Shown: positions 9,251 to 19,420 of the stretch, one piece after another
Layout: the number at the start of each line of letters is the position of its first letter
Numbering within the stretch: position 1 is the stretch's first letter
Origin: a virus
Taxonomy: Duplodnaviria > Caudoviricetes
Length of the DNA stretch: 64,000 nt
Virus record (IMG/VR): IMGVR_UViG_3300029913_000001
Reading direction: 5' to 3' (one strand)
The notes under the pieces: model-generated
What the model was told of the DNA's origin: nothing
Databases searched by the model: none
What the model saw: only the letters and a program-made list of their open reading frames with translations
Position numbers and translations under genes: made by a program

Positions 9251-9664
9251 TTATGGAAAATACAAATTAATGGATAAATTTGTATTGGGTCCGCTAGTTG
9301 AAAAAATAGGAGAAGATATTTTCACCGATTCGTTTAACGACGTTATAATAGGTATATTATTAAAATCTTCAAGTAACAAATGTATGGGTATATAATGCTC
9401 AAATGAAACAAAAAATTTCCATACTGATAATTTTTGATTATTATATGCACTAAATTTATAATCTGAATTTTCTAATAAAATAGGATCGGTAATGTTATTT
9501 GGCTGCGAACGTAGGCCTAATAATTGAACTACTACGTCCCAATTACGTTGTTGATTTCGAAGGAAATCCCATTGTATCTGCGTTAGAGGTGAGCCCTGAG
9601 ATTTAAAATTTCTCGTAATATTTGTTTTAGTTATATCAACCAAGGTATAAATTTCTAATTCCAT
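9251..9664 (-). CDS. conserved hypothetical late protein
   Basis: start MELEIYTLVDIT, 8 nt after ATAAATA motif. Confidence 0.7.
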   Translation of the reverse strand: MELEIYTLVDITKTNITRNFKSQGSPLTQIQWDFLRNQQRNWDVVVQLLGLRSQPNNITDPILLENSDYKFSAYNNQKLSVWKFFVSFEHYIPIHLLLEDFNNIPIITSLNESVKISSPIFSTSGPNTNLSINLYFP

Positions 9665-9706
9665 TATAATGATATTTATTATATCAGAATCAATTATTGC
9701 GGGCAT

Positions 9707-9738
9707 AAAAATTGGGAGCCGTCAGGCTCCCAATTTTT
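9707..9738. terminator. bidirectional intrinsic terminator
   Basis: AAAAATTGGGAGCC-gtca-GGCTCCCAATTTTT. Confidence 0.85.
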
Positions 9739-9753
9739 ATATATTCGGTTAGA

Positions 9754-10155
9754 TTAAAAAGTAAAATATGAAACGGTAGTAGCCGCAAGGTTAACATTTG
9801 AAAACCCGACTGTAGAATTACCAACCACATAGTTTCCTAGTGACTGAATAGCGGTCTGAACAGTTGCGGGAAGAGCTGCATCAACACCAGAAGTTAGCAT
9901 ACGAACACCAACATTACCGTTTGCACCATTTTGACTAACTAATGCAATATTTGCAGTTAGCTGGCCAAGCATTTCGATGGTAGCTACCTGTTCGACTTGC
10001 TGAATAACCGCATCCCATGCACCGGTAGGGCCAGTTGAAGTTAGAATGCCATTACCTGTTGGACCAAAGTTAAACTCTAAACCATCTACTGCCTTACCAA
10101 AAAAACTACCTGCATTGCCGTCAATTGCCGGATTTACCTTATTCCATTGAGCCAT
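9754..10155 (-). CDS. putative virion structural protein (decoration-like)
   Basis: G/N/A/V-rich 133 aa, GGAG RBS, upstream ATAAATA. Confidence 0.55.
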   Translation of the reverse strand: MAQWNKVNPAIDGNAGSFFGKAVDGLEFNFGPTGNGILTSTGPTGAWDAVIQQVEQVATIEMLGQLTANIALVSQNGANGNVGVRMLTSGVDAALPATVQTAIQSLGNYVVGNSTVGFSNVNLAATTVSYFTF

Positions 10156-10266
10156 TATAATTCTCCATTACCACATTAATTTTGAATTTTTCAATTCATT
10201 TGATAGTATTTATACAGATCAATTAAAAACTACTATTTAAGTGATTTTACACCACTTCGGTTTAAT

Positions 10267-10821
10267 CTATTCTTCACGTGTATCCATCAATTTTTGTAGT
10301 AACACTAGAACATCGCATCGATAATTTTGCTTACGTAATTGCTGATATAATCTATCTCCTTTTTGCTTTTTTTCTGACCATGTTAGATATTCGCCGCTAT
10401 CAACAATATCACGCCTCAGGGAAATCAATGTATTATTTTTAATCTTTAAAATACTTTGCAATTTAATAAAAAGTGTGCGTTTCATTGTATTCGGCATAGT
10501 ATCATACTTAAAATTTTTAAGATACCTCTTCAACTCTAATACCGGAATAGAAACATCGCGTTCATCAAGATATTGTTTTGCATTCTTCAACGTTGCAATT
10601 ACATTACATAGATCGGTTCCGGAAAGATAAATTCTATCGAACATTGGATATTTAACCGAATCAAGTGCATAGGCGTCGGTTTCACGAATAAATCTTGTTA
10701 GCCCCAATAAATGCAACGTTAGCAGCATTGTAAAAAATATTTCGGATAATTCAGCAACCGAATAATTTTCCATTGTTTGCTCGTTACGAAATGCTTTAGA
10801 TTCAGAAATAAATTCAAACAT
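10267..10821 (-). CDS. hypothetical virion-associated protein
   Basis: MFEFISES start resembles the tag; coupled to upstream gene. Confidence 0.7.
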   Translation of the reverse strand: MFEFISESKAFRNEQTMENYSVAELSEIFFTMLLTLHLLGLTRFIRETDAYALDSVKYPMFDRIYLSGTDLCNVIATLKNAKQYLDERDVSIPVLELKRYLKNFKYDTMPNTMKRTLFIKLQSILKIKNNTLISLRRDIVDSGEYLTWSEKKQKGDRLYQQLRKQNYRCDVLVLLQKLMDTREE

Positions 10822-11972
10822 TAAAGATGCCTCATAAACGTCGGACGATCAACTAATTTAATCTTACCGTAAGGAGTAGAACTTACAAACCCCTCGTGAC
10901 CGGGAATTCCATTTAATGATGCGGTAATGTTTCCTGGAACCTTATCAAATTCGTGTTTAATAATATTCTTAATCATTACTGTTGCTAGAATTATTTTGCA
11001 AATTGCCAGGTACCCATCTTTATTTTCTAGTAAATATTTTTTAATATTTTCGGCTTTTGTTTTAGATACCTTTCTATCCAAAAAAGATTTAAATTCAAAA
11101 GTAATATTTTTATCTGGCTTTTTTCCTTGACTAGCTAAATTTGCTAAAAACGATTTTAACAAACTGCCTAAATCAGTTATTTTTAAACTACTAAGAAGGG
11201 TCTTATTAAGAAATGCATCAATTACGGTCTGCTTTGAGTTAATAAATTGTAATAAATCCCGGCAGGGTTTTAACGCAGACGGAACAATTTTTTCTCCGAC
11301 CGTAGTTGGGCCAAGTATAACTAGTCCGGGAGAGGGGTTAAGGTGCAATTCTTTTAAGTCTGTTATTGCAATTGGTTCCATTTCTAGAGGGGAATTAAAA
11401 TAACTATGCACCACAATTCCCATCTGAGAATTAGCTATTTTAATTCCCATCTCAGAATTTACAGGCACTGAGTAATTAATTTTATTTGGTTTAAATTTAA
11501 AGGTTCTATTATCATCTTTTCCATACTGTATCGGACGAGTGAACCATAGAACATCAAACTGAATAAACCCCTTAAAGTTAACAGGTAATGCTCGATCCAA
11601 TAAAGGAAATAATCCTGCAAAACTTTTACTAAAAATATCTCTGCCGGGTGAACCGGGAAATCGATCAAACATCATATTATATAAATCTTTTTCGGACATA
11701 GGCAAGCCGCCCATATCATATTTTGCAAATCCTTTTTTATCGGTAAGTGTAAATTTTCCGTGTACTCTTCCTGCAATTCCAGCAGGGGCGCCGTCCCACT
11801 TAATTTGAGATAATTTTGGAGTTGTCGCCGCAGCAAGTAAGGAATTAACAGCGGACTTAGCGCCCAACGAACCATCGCTGCATACTAAATCTTCCGGATG
11901 TTCTATTCTCGATTTCGCTTCGAATAATATTTGCTTCGGCCCATATTGTTTTTGTATCTCTGTTAGTATCAT
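10821..11972 (-). CDS. tagged RNA-ligase-like nucleotidyltransferase (probably DUF6267-type)
   Basis: MILTEI tag; motif I KWDG, motif III-like FDVL, motif IV EGFV, motif V KLVDR. Confidence 0.55.
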   Translation of the reverse strand: MILTEIQKQYGPKQILFEAKSRIEHPEDLVCSDGSLGAKSAVNSLLAAATTPKLSQIKWDGAPAGIAGRVHGKFTLTDKKGFAKYDMGGLPMSEKDLYNMMFDRFPGSPGRDIFSKSFAGLFPLLDRALPVNFKGFIQFDVLWFTRPIQYGKDDNRTFKFKPNKINYSVPVNSEMGIKIANSQMGIVVHSYFNSPLEMEPIAITDLKELHLNPSPGLVILGPTTVGEKIVPSALKPCRDLLQFINSKQTVIDAFLNKTLLSSLKITDLGSLLKSFLANLASQGKKPDKNITFEFKSFLDRKVSKTKAENIKKYLLENKDGYLAICKIILATVMIKNIIKHEFDKVPGNITASLNGIPGHEGFVSSTPYGKIKLVDRPTFMRHL

Positions 11973-12221
11973 TTACTTGCTCTCTTGAATTTTCTTGATT
12001 CCACGACAAAACTTATTAGAATTTCTATGACGAATACTGCTCAATAAATTCTTTTCTAATTCTTCCGAGGTGGCAGCATCATAACATTCGGCAATAGTAT
12101 CTAATAATGCAATTGCGCTAGCGATAATGTGAGATCCGCGAGATTCAATTACAAAAGAATTATCTCGTTCGGAAGATAACTCGATGAGTGACTCAAGAAG
12201 TGATTTGGTTTGACTATGCAT
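11973..12221 (-). CDS. conserved hypothetical late protein
   Basis: TATAAATA 5 nt upstream of ATG. Confidence 0.7.
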   Translation of the reverse strand: MHSQTKSLLESLIELSSERDNSFVIESRGSHIIASAIALLDTIAECYDAATSEELEKNLLSSIRHRNSNKFCRGIKKIQESK

Positions 12222-12245
12222 AATTGTATTTATATTAGCAAATGA

Positions 12246-12275
12246 AAAAGGACAACCAGTACTGGTTGTCCTTTT
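12246..12275. terminator. perfect 30-bp palindromic terminator
   Basis: AAAAGGACAACCAGT|ACTGGTTGTCCTTTT. Confidence 0.85.
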
Positions 12276-12288
12276 GTTGAAATTTAAA

Positions 12289-13143
12289 TTATTTTTCGAA
12301 AAATGTATCGATAACTCCAGATGCTATATTAAGTCTAGGATGATCTTTATGCACAAAAAATCTATCAACCGTTCCTTTAACCAATTCAAACTTATCCGGC
12401 AAAACTGTTCCGTCTCTCAAAAGCATCTTGTAATCTCGGTCAACGAAAAATTTAACAATTTCGTCAACGGTATGACCATACCTCTTAAACTGAGCAGGAA
12501 TCATTTCGGCTTGAACAATTGGCTTCCACTTGGCAATAGTATCTTCCGCACCCTGTAATACATTATACTCGAATCCTTCAACATCCATCTTAATTATATC
12601 AACATCTTGAAAATTATATGAATCTAAAGTTTCGATTGTAATCGTATACTTTTCTGGCTCTACTTTTGGTGCTCGAGAATTAATTCTCGACGGTGTTACA
12701 AAATTATGGCCAGAATTATTCTTTTGCACAACAATTTCTGAAGTCGTATGTGTATTTCCAACACCAACCTGGTATGTATGGATATTAGCGGTGATTGTCA
12801 TATCAGCCCAACTTTCTCCGACTTTATACCAACCCTTTTTAAAATCTGATTGCGGTTGCGCTTTAGCAATATCGATATTTGCCCTAGCAATATCGTACGT
12901 TTGCGGTGTTGGTTCAAAACTATGAACATCCTTGGCCCATGTACCATATTCAATGGTATTAGTTCCGATGTTCATGCCAACATCAATAATAGTTCTTGCG
13001 TCAGGGCAAAAATCACGCAAAAATTTTAAATTTTTACCCTGAAACGGGCCGCCCGCTAATCGCTGCCTAAAAAATGTATCGTTCTGATAGAACCAGAATT
13101 TTCTACCGCATGAATTTGTTATTTGATCAATTAGTTCCTGCAT
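12289..13143 (-). CDS. FkbM-family SAM methyltransferase
   Basis: IIDVGMNIG, VHSFEP, DIIKMDVEGFEYNVLQGA motifs. Confidence 0.9.
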   Translation of the reverse strand: MQELIDQITNSCGRKFWFYQNDTFFRQRLAGGPFQGKNLKFLRDFCPDARTIIDVGMNIGTNTIEYGTWAKDVHSFEPTPQTYDIARANIDIAKAQPQSDFKKGWYKVGESWADMTITANIHTYQVGVGNTHTTSEIVVQKNNSGHNFVTPSRINSRAPKVEPEKYTITIETLDSYNFQDVDIIKMDVEGFEYNVLQGAEDTIAKWKPIVQAEMIPAQFKRYGHTVDEIVKFFVDRDYKMLLRDGTVLPDKFELVKGTVDRFFVHKDHPRLNIASGVIDTFFEK

Positions 13144-13150
13144 TTATCTC

Positions 13151-13555
13151 CTAATGAATTACAATTTGCCTACGATTATCACACCCGGTCCCAAATAAAT
13201 TAACTCCTTTTTGCGAATAAGATCTACAATCGTCTGTGGATTATTTTCAAAATATAGCCACAGATCATCTTCCGTTAAGTCGAGACTTGTGCTTATCGAA
13301 TAAATTTCATAACTACGTTGACCATTAAATCTTGCTCGCAGCTTAAGCATATGAATTATTTCGCTTCGTTCTCGAGTATATTTATCATATACAATTGGAG
13401 GCTCATCCGATGGTAGCCCATCAGAACAGTCTTCCGAAAAAACGAGCAATAAGGAGTTGGGATTCTTCTTCCTTGATAATATTCATATCAATCGGAACAA
13501 TAGCATCGAGCCCCTCTTCGCACCACATTACAACAAATAGATTTTCAGTTTTCAT
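13151..13555 (-). pseudogene. single conserved phage gene split across two track ORFs by two compensating homopolymer indels
   Basis: removing one T (run near 13437-13442) and adding one A (run near 13209-13213) gives one 134-aa ORF MKTENLF...RKKGVNLFG...IVIH*. Confidence 0.55.
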
Positions 13556-13797
13556 AATTTTCTTTCTATATTCAAGAGGTAAGTAATAAGCAGGACAACA
13601 ATCAGTCGACGAGATATTTCGTCTTTCAACAGCCAAAATGCAATAAACAACGATGTGCGTATTCCTAGGAGCAATAATCAAATTTTTATTTGGCCTAGAT
13701 ATTGCACGCAAGTTGAATTCATCGTATCCCAAAGGATCGAAGATAGCCTATCCTCATCCCCTCTTAAATATATCGCGGCAGTAAACTGCCGAGATGT

Positions 13798-14358
13798 CTA
13801 AATGATATTATACTTCGATAATAACGCAGCGGTTTCTACCGAAAGATCGATAGAATTAATAATATTAATCCCGAGAATTTCGTCATTCAATTTCTGCTTT
13901 TCTTTAGTAAAGGTTGCGATATTAGCTTCAAACTCAGCAATCTTACTCTGGGTAAGAACGCCGGTTTGTAGAGTATCCCGATACGCATAATTTACCGAGT
14001 CGGCATTTTTAAGACGGGACAATTTTCCGTCAACCACGGTGGAATCCTCTCTAGCCGAGGATGCTGCGAGCAATCGATACATTAGAATTTTCTTTTCAAG
14101 TGAGACTAATGCAGCTAACTTTCGATTAACACCATACGATGCATTAGCGCTTCCCAATGAGGTTCGAATCTCGTAAAACGCATCGAATAGATCCTCTTTT
14201 AGCTTAATGTTGGCCAGCAACTTATCCGAAGCGGCACGAATTACTTCCCCCGGTGCTTGAAACTCATTAATCGATACAGTCGTTGCGAGCTCGATCGAAT
14301 TAATTTTATCCATAATTACTGCCTGAACTGCTGAAGCCTTACGCAAGGTCAAATTCAT
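13798..14358 (-). CDS. conserved coiled-coil hypothetical protein (MNLTLRKA...)
   Basis: GGAG RBS, own promoter. Confidence 0.8.
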   Translation of the reverse strand: MNLTLRKASAVQAVIMDKINSIELATTVSINEFQAPGEVIRAASDKLLANIKLKEDLFDAFYEIRTSLGSANASYGVNRKLAALVSLEKKILMYRLLAASSAREDSTVVDGKLSRLKNADSVNYAYRDTLQTGVLTQSKIAEFEANIATFTKEKQKLNDEILGINIINSIDLSVETAALLSKYNII

Positions 14359-14383
14359 GTTATTCTCCTAAACTTATGAAATA

Positions 14384-14412
14384 AGTATACATCATGTTAA
14401 TTGATTTGTCAA
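14384..14412 (-). promoter_or_regulatory. sigma70-type promoter TTGACA-17-TATACT
   Basis: near-consensus boxes. Confidence 0.85.
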
Positions 14413-15785
14413 GAATTAGATTTATTAATCTGTGCCATTAATGTTTTAAGCAAATCTTTTTTATCGCCCATCGACGTAACCTGCGGTGTCGATTTTGGCG
14501 CATTCTTTATCTGTGCTAAAATATTGGTTCCAGTCATTGCCGATTCGGATGGCTGCCCACCAGTGGCATCGGTAATTCTGAGTGAATCGACGTTAAAATC
14601 TAAATCAACCTTATTGCCTACACCAGAACTATTTCTAGTTTTAAGCATCTGGAGTTGAATTAATCCTCTTTCTTTCATTATTCTGCTGGTATAGATACCG
14701 AACATGTTATCGCATGAATTTGCTTTGGAAATACCACCGGCAACATTACCAAGATTAAAATCGATCTCGTCAAACGAACTACGATTTAATTGGCTCGCTG
14801 AAGCGATGACTGCTTTTAATTCAATCCCAAAATTACGAAGCCCTTCCGACACAAGTTTGTCCTTAACAAAAAAATCCCCAAGATCAATTTTTGAGTTTGG
14901 ATTAATCAAATCAAGATAATCGACACAAATAAAATCAGGTTTATAATTTTCTTGAATCATTAATTCTTTTACATAAGCCCGAATATCATTTACCGTACTA
15001 CCGGATGGTAAAAATTTAATCTTTAACCTTCCTGATTTTTTACCGGCTATTGCAACTTTTAACTCAACATCATCCAATTTGCGGAAAATTTCCTTACTAC
15101 TAATACCGGTAATCATACTATCAATGCGCATTGCAACTAATTCTTGGCTTAGTTCGAGCGTAATATAAATTCCGTTCATGCCTTTAGATATCCAATTACA
15201 TGCTAGATTTTGAAGCACGACGGATTTTCCACTTCCAGGTCCACCACAAAAAATTTCTAGCTCGCCGCGATTAAATCCACCAAAAATAAAACGATCAATT
15301 TCAGTCCAACCGGTTGACACCTGCCCATTACTGTCTTTCAATTTTAATAGTCTAGCCTTGGGATCCTCAAAATAATTAATGCCCAAATCTCTAGTAAGAC
15401 TAATTTGAACTGCGTCTTTAATTAATTTTTCTACGGATCCAAAATCATCTTTATCTAATAGATCAACTGATTTAACAATAGCTCTAGTTAATTCTGCTTT
15501 TTTTGTAAATTGCTCAAAATCATCTAGTAAAAAATTTTCAGCCGATTCTTGAATATTATCAATCAAGGTCAGATTCGTTCCGGTTTTAACTAATACCTGT
15601 TCAACCGACGGAATAGCCGAATATTTTTGTGTATATTCTTGTATAAAGGTGGCTGCACCTTTAAGAGATCTATCAAAATTTTCAGGGTTAAAAATATTTT
15701 GAGCCCGTGTAAAAAGTTCGCCGCTACTAAGAAAAAAGTCTAAATAATATTTTTGTGTCTCAACATTGGTTTCTTTTACTGCCAT
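14409..15785 (-). CDS. 41: replicative DnaB-like helicase (T4 gp41-like)
   Basis: Walker A GGPGSGKS, YITLEL, CVDYLD, ASQLNR, KTRN motifs. Confidence 0.92.
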   Translation of the reverse strand: MAVKETNVETQKYYLDFFLSSGELFTRAQNIFNPENFDRSLKGAATFIQEYTQKYSAIPSVEQVLVKTGTNLTLIDNIQESAENFLLDDFEQFTKKAELTRAIVKSVDLLDKDDFGSVEKLIKDAVQISLTRDLGINYFEDPKARLLKLKDSNGQVSTGWTEIDRFIFGGFNRGELEIFCGGPGSGKSVVLQNLACNWISKGMNGIYITLELSQELVAMRIDSMITGISSKEIFRKLDDVELKVAIAGKKSGRLKIKFLPSGSTVNDIRAYVKELMIQENYKPDFICVDYLDLINPNSKIDLGDFFVKDKLVSEGLRNFGIELKAVIASASQLNRSSFDEIDFNLGNVAGGISKANSCDNMFGIYTSRIMKERGLIQLQMLKTRNSSGVGNKVDLDFNVDSLRITDATGGQPSESAMTGTNILAQIKNAPKSTPQVTSMGDKKDLLKTLMAQINKSNS

Positions 15786-16780
15786 TCGTTTTTGCCCGCC
15801 CGCAATCGATTCAACATTAATTTCTGAGTTACCTTAATTTTTGTTGGACTGTTAGTTGCATTATTCAAAATATGCTTTATAACAAACAGCCGTCCATATT
15901 TAACATATGCTTTATTAATATCTTTAAAATCCCATTCCGGAAAAGATACAGCCCAATCATTGTCAATTGCGGTTTCAATTAAACTTGTTTTTGTATTTGA
16001 TAATCCCGTGATATCTAAATCAGGAACTACAATAATTCTAGTGTGTAAATCATGAATAAGATTTGTTTGCGCATCATTAATTTCGTTATGCATTACCGCC
16101 AACCCATTAACGCTTAATGCGTCGAATAACCCTTCCGACAAAATTACCCATTCATATTTGGGTTTTACAAAATCTAACCCAAATACAAAATCAGTGGTTT
16201 GTTTCATTATGAAACGTTTTTTATCGGCTGGTATAATGGATCTAGCAGAATATCCAATGATAGTATCTTGCAAAATAAAAGGAAGTATAACTCGATTTCG
16301 ATACCCTACATCATCGGAAACTAAGAACGGGAAATCATCGTACGAAAATCCGCGCGATTCTAAATATTCAATGTGCTTCTTATATGCTGATGGGTTTTCG
16401 TATAATAATGAAGAATTTGGCAAATCAATCGATTTGATTTGCTGTGTTGGTTTAACAACAACTGCATTTGAGCCAACGATCTTAAGATTTGCTAATTTTA
16501 ACTGAGCAATAGTATTTTCATCTACACCGAGCCAAGTTAGAAATTTTTCAAACTTAGGATATAATGATCTGCCCGATTGATAAGAACAAGAATAAGAACA
16601 GTTAAAACAGTGGTAAACTATTGTATCGCCATCTATCTTTAACCCGCCACGACCTCGTTTATCAATGGTCTGGCCACGATGTTCGCAGCAAACAGCATTA
16701 CGGCAACTCCACCCATTCGGACTGGTTTTAACTTTTGCATTATTCCAGTAATTCAACACGGTCTGAGTTATTGCGTTCAT
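15776..16780 (-). CDS. 61: DNA primase (gp61/DnaG-like)
   Basis: N-terminal Zn finger (C..H..D.RGRGG..YHCFNC), TOPRIM EGLFDAL and DLD; adjacent to helicase. Confidence 0.85.
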   Translation of the reverse strand: MNAITQTVLNYWNNAKVKTSPNGWSCRNAVCCEHRGQTIDKRGRGGLKIDGDTIVYHCFNCSYSCSYQSGRSLYPKFEKFLTWLGVDENTIAQLKLANLKIVGSNAVVVKPTQQIKSIDLPNSSLLYENPSAYKKHIEYLESRGFSYDDFPFLVSDDVGYRNRVILPFILQDTIIGYSARSIIPADKKRFIMKQTTDFVFGLDFVKPKYEWVILSEGLFDALSVNGLAVMHNEINDAQTNLIHDLHTRIIVVPDLDITGLSNTKTSLIETAIDNDWAVSFPEWDFKDINKAYVKYGRLFVIKHILNNATNSPTKIKVTQKLMLNRLRAGKNEWQ

Positions 16781-16816
16781 TTAACAATGATAACATAACT
16801 CAGTAACAGAAGTCTA

Positions 16817-17608
16817 TTAAATTCTTATATTACCATTGGTAACAAAAGTTGAAACAATAACGTTACCGTTACCAGTTGGATCCGCGCTATCTAGAAGAAA
16901 TCTAGTCCAGGCAAACGACCCGATAACTGATTGCATCACATAACCAGATGTATTCGAATAATATGTAGCCGAAACATTACCCCAATCTAAATTCGTTGGA
17001 ATTGATGTTAGTGTTCCTTGTGCTACCACATTTCCGGTATAAGCGATCAGATTGCAAGACATTGTAGCAACTGTCGAATTTATAGGTCTAGTCATTAAAT
17101 TAATTTGATTACTAACTACCCCTATGCCCGGGGTATCAAGAAAAGTTAATGGCATTGGATCCTGCATTCCCATCGTGGGCCCTTTCCGGAGAGATGTCTT
17201 TAATCTACTGCCAAAGAAATCATTAATATAAACTGGATAAACATTTCCGGTATTATCTAGAGCAGACAATGCAATCTCATAATCACCTACTTCAAACGGT
17301 GCGAGATCAGAGGAGGTCAACGTTGCTTGAACAACGCCGTTTGCAGTATCTATCGGAGATGCAATAATTGAAACTAATTCATTCTCGGTATTCGGTTCAA
17401 ATAGGCCAAACTGAATTGACACATTCGACACATCGATTTTCTTTTGATCAGAATTTAAACAAGTAATTTTAATAGGATTATTCACGCCCGTATAAATTAC
17501 AATAGGATTCGAATACATAAACACCTCTGAGCACTCTGCAATATTATCGAAACCGACCACCTGAGCTCTTATATGGTTCTTCTCGGGATATACCTTAATC
17601 GTTTGCAT
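16817..17608 (-). CDS. beta-rich structural protein (BppU-like N-domain)
   Basis: beta-sandwich-like composition, late promoter upstream. Confidence 0.5.
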   Translation of the reverse strand: MQTIKVYPEKNHIRAQVVGFDNIAECSEVFMYSNPIVIYTGVNNPIKITCLNSDQKKIDVSNVSIQFGLFEPNTENELVSIIASPIDTANGVVQATLTSSDLAPFEVGDYEIALSALDNTGNVYPVYINDFFGSRLKTSLRKGPTMGMQDPMPLTFLDTPGIGVVSNQINLMTRPINSTVATMSCNLIAYTGNVVAQGTLTSIPTNLDWGNVSATYYSNTSGYVMQSVIGSFAWTRFLLDSADPTGNGNVIVSTFVTNGNIRI

Positions 17609-17690
17609 ATATTATTTATCCAAACAAAATTTTAAATGACAGATATAAATACTTCGGTTACACATTAAATCTTAATTATAACGGAAGATA

Positions 17691-18068
17691 ATGAATCCTA
17701 ATCTATTTGAAACCCTTACCGCAAAATTTCCATTCCTATCGGTTATTTTATATGGGGTAAAGCAAGACGAATTTATCGGTATTGTGCAAAACATCGATAC
17801 ATCTATTACTAGTTTCTATGATGTTAACAAATTAAAAACAGATGACGAAAAACGTTTATTTCTGTTACTCGGAGAGAAATGGTATTTTGAATCTAATCGG
17901 CAACTGCCTATTAATATCTATCTTAAAGATGAATGGCTACCATTTAAAAAAATATTTCGAACTTTTATATCTAAAGAAGTCACCATAATTCATGGGCCAG
18001 TTACGAGTTTATCAAATCTTGCGCAAAAGAAACGGCGACGCAATATAACAGTTATCAAAAAATTATAA
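17691..18068 (+). CDS. conserved hypothetical protein
   Basis: 125-aa ORF preceded by TATAAATA and GGA. Confidence 0.75.
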   Translation: MNPNLFETLTAKFPFLSVILYGVKQDEFIGIVQNIDTSITSFYDVNKLKTDDEKRLFLLLGEKWYFESNRQLPINIYLKDEWLPFKKIFRTFISKEVTIIHGPVTSLSNLAQKKRRRNITVIKKL

Positions 18069-18635
18069 CTCTTGCTCTTCTAATAATCGAATATTTAAAC
18101 CAACGAGTATGGAGTATGCTAGACCGTGACTACGTTTAAACATATATCCATCGGCATCTCTGTCCCATACGGTCTTTTCAACCTCGGACCAAGGTTTACC
18201 TAGCAAATGTTTTTTGCCAGGTCGGATACACGAAAGAAACATCGATAATTTTTCTATAGAATTAATCGGCTCCGGCAATCGTTGAATAATTTCTGCATAA
18301 TTACCGATATGAATAAGTTTAGATACAAAGTTCTTATCCAATAATTTTTCCCAATGAATCGGACGTGCAAGCAATTCATCTAAGTGTTCTGGATTTTTAA
18401 CTAAACTATATAAATGATTATTAAGTATATCTAATTTTACATATCCTAACTCTTCAGCTACCTTATAATTAATACTAGCTGTTCCGGTTATAATATTTTG
18501 TGGAATAATCGTTACATAAATTCCGGAATTGTGTCGCTCGCCGTTCTCTAACGACGCCGGAGTATAATCAATACAAGATAAAATCTTATTTCGATCACCG
18601 AAATCAAGATCGACATCGCTACTAAAATGGGTCAT
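18063..18635 (-). CDS. minimal DNA polymerase III alpha (DnaE)-like catalytic core
   Basis: SDVDLDF (DxD), HNSGIYV, GYVKLDIL (third Asp), IRPGK, FKRSHGLAYS; ATGA-coupled start at 18635. Confidence 0.8.
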   Translation of the reverse strand: MTHFSSDVDLDFGDRNKILSCIDYTPASLENGERHNSGIYVTIIPQNIITGTASINYKVAEELGYVKLDILNNHLYSLVKNPEHLDELLARPIHWEKLLDKNFVSKLIHIGNYAEIIQRLPEPINSIEKLSMFLSCIRPGKKHLLGKPWSEVEKTVWDRDADGYMFKRSHGLAYSILVGLNIRLLEEQEL

Positions 18636-19420
18636 AATCCCGCTTCTGAACATATGGCAGTTATCTGGTTTTTTGAATCTTTTAAATTATTAAATCGAAA
18701 ATTCCATCGTTCAATATTAATAACCGGCCAAATAATCTCTAAATCATTAGAAGTAATTGTAGAAAGCCATCCTTGCCCGCTTTGGCAACAATACACAACC
18801 CACCCACTAACAAGTGCGCGTGATATATCAAATAAAATTCTAGCGCCTCCTGCTAGGCGAAAATAATTTTCGTATGGTTGCTTATTTTCTTCTGCCCACA
18901 CGATCATAGTCTTGATCGACCTATCTAATGCATCCCATTCATCTTCAATGAATACCATATCTTGTAGCCAGCAATTATATATTGCATCTAAATTCCATCG
19001 ATCGATAGATACTTTCGAATCTATAAGCCATTTAAGATACGATGTAGGATTGAAACAATGCACGTCAATAATAAATCTACCCCATCTCATGCAGGCAAGA
19101 TAAAATTCACTATGGCGGAATTCTTCCTCGGTAAAATTGTCATTACCGTGAAAAGAACGGATCGCCATGTAGGCTTGACGACCATATCGACCATGTACAG
19201 TATCTTTTTGATCAAATCGTCTTCGCTGCTCACATAAATGAACAATTAACGTTTTTTCCTGGGAAAAAGATCTTTTGCAAAATTTACAGGTAAATTTTCC
19301 ATCCTGCCCTAGTACAACGGGAGATTTTTTAACTTTTGGGTTAATATATTTAGGCTTACGTATCTTTACCTCAATTTTTTCAGCGTCTCCGGCTGAATTC
19401 CCTGCTCTTCGTCCAGCCAT
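18632..19420 (-). CDS. C2H2-type zinc-finger conserved protein
   Basis: CKFCKRSF..EKTLIVHLC; true start probably near 19370. Confidence 0.7.
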   Translation of the reverse strand: MAGRRAGNSAGDAEKIEVKIRKPKYINPKVKKSPVVLGQDGKFTCKFCKRSFSQEKTLIVHLCEQRRRFDQKDTVHGRYGRQAYMAIRSFHGNDNFTEEEFRHSEFYLACMRWGRFIIDVHCFNPTSYLKWLIDSKVSIDRWNLDAIYNCWLQDMVFIEDEWDALDRSIKTMIVWAEENKQPYENYFRLAGGARILFDISRALVSGWVVYCCQSGQGWLSTITSNDLEIIWPVINIERWNFRFNNLKDSKNQITAICSEAGL

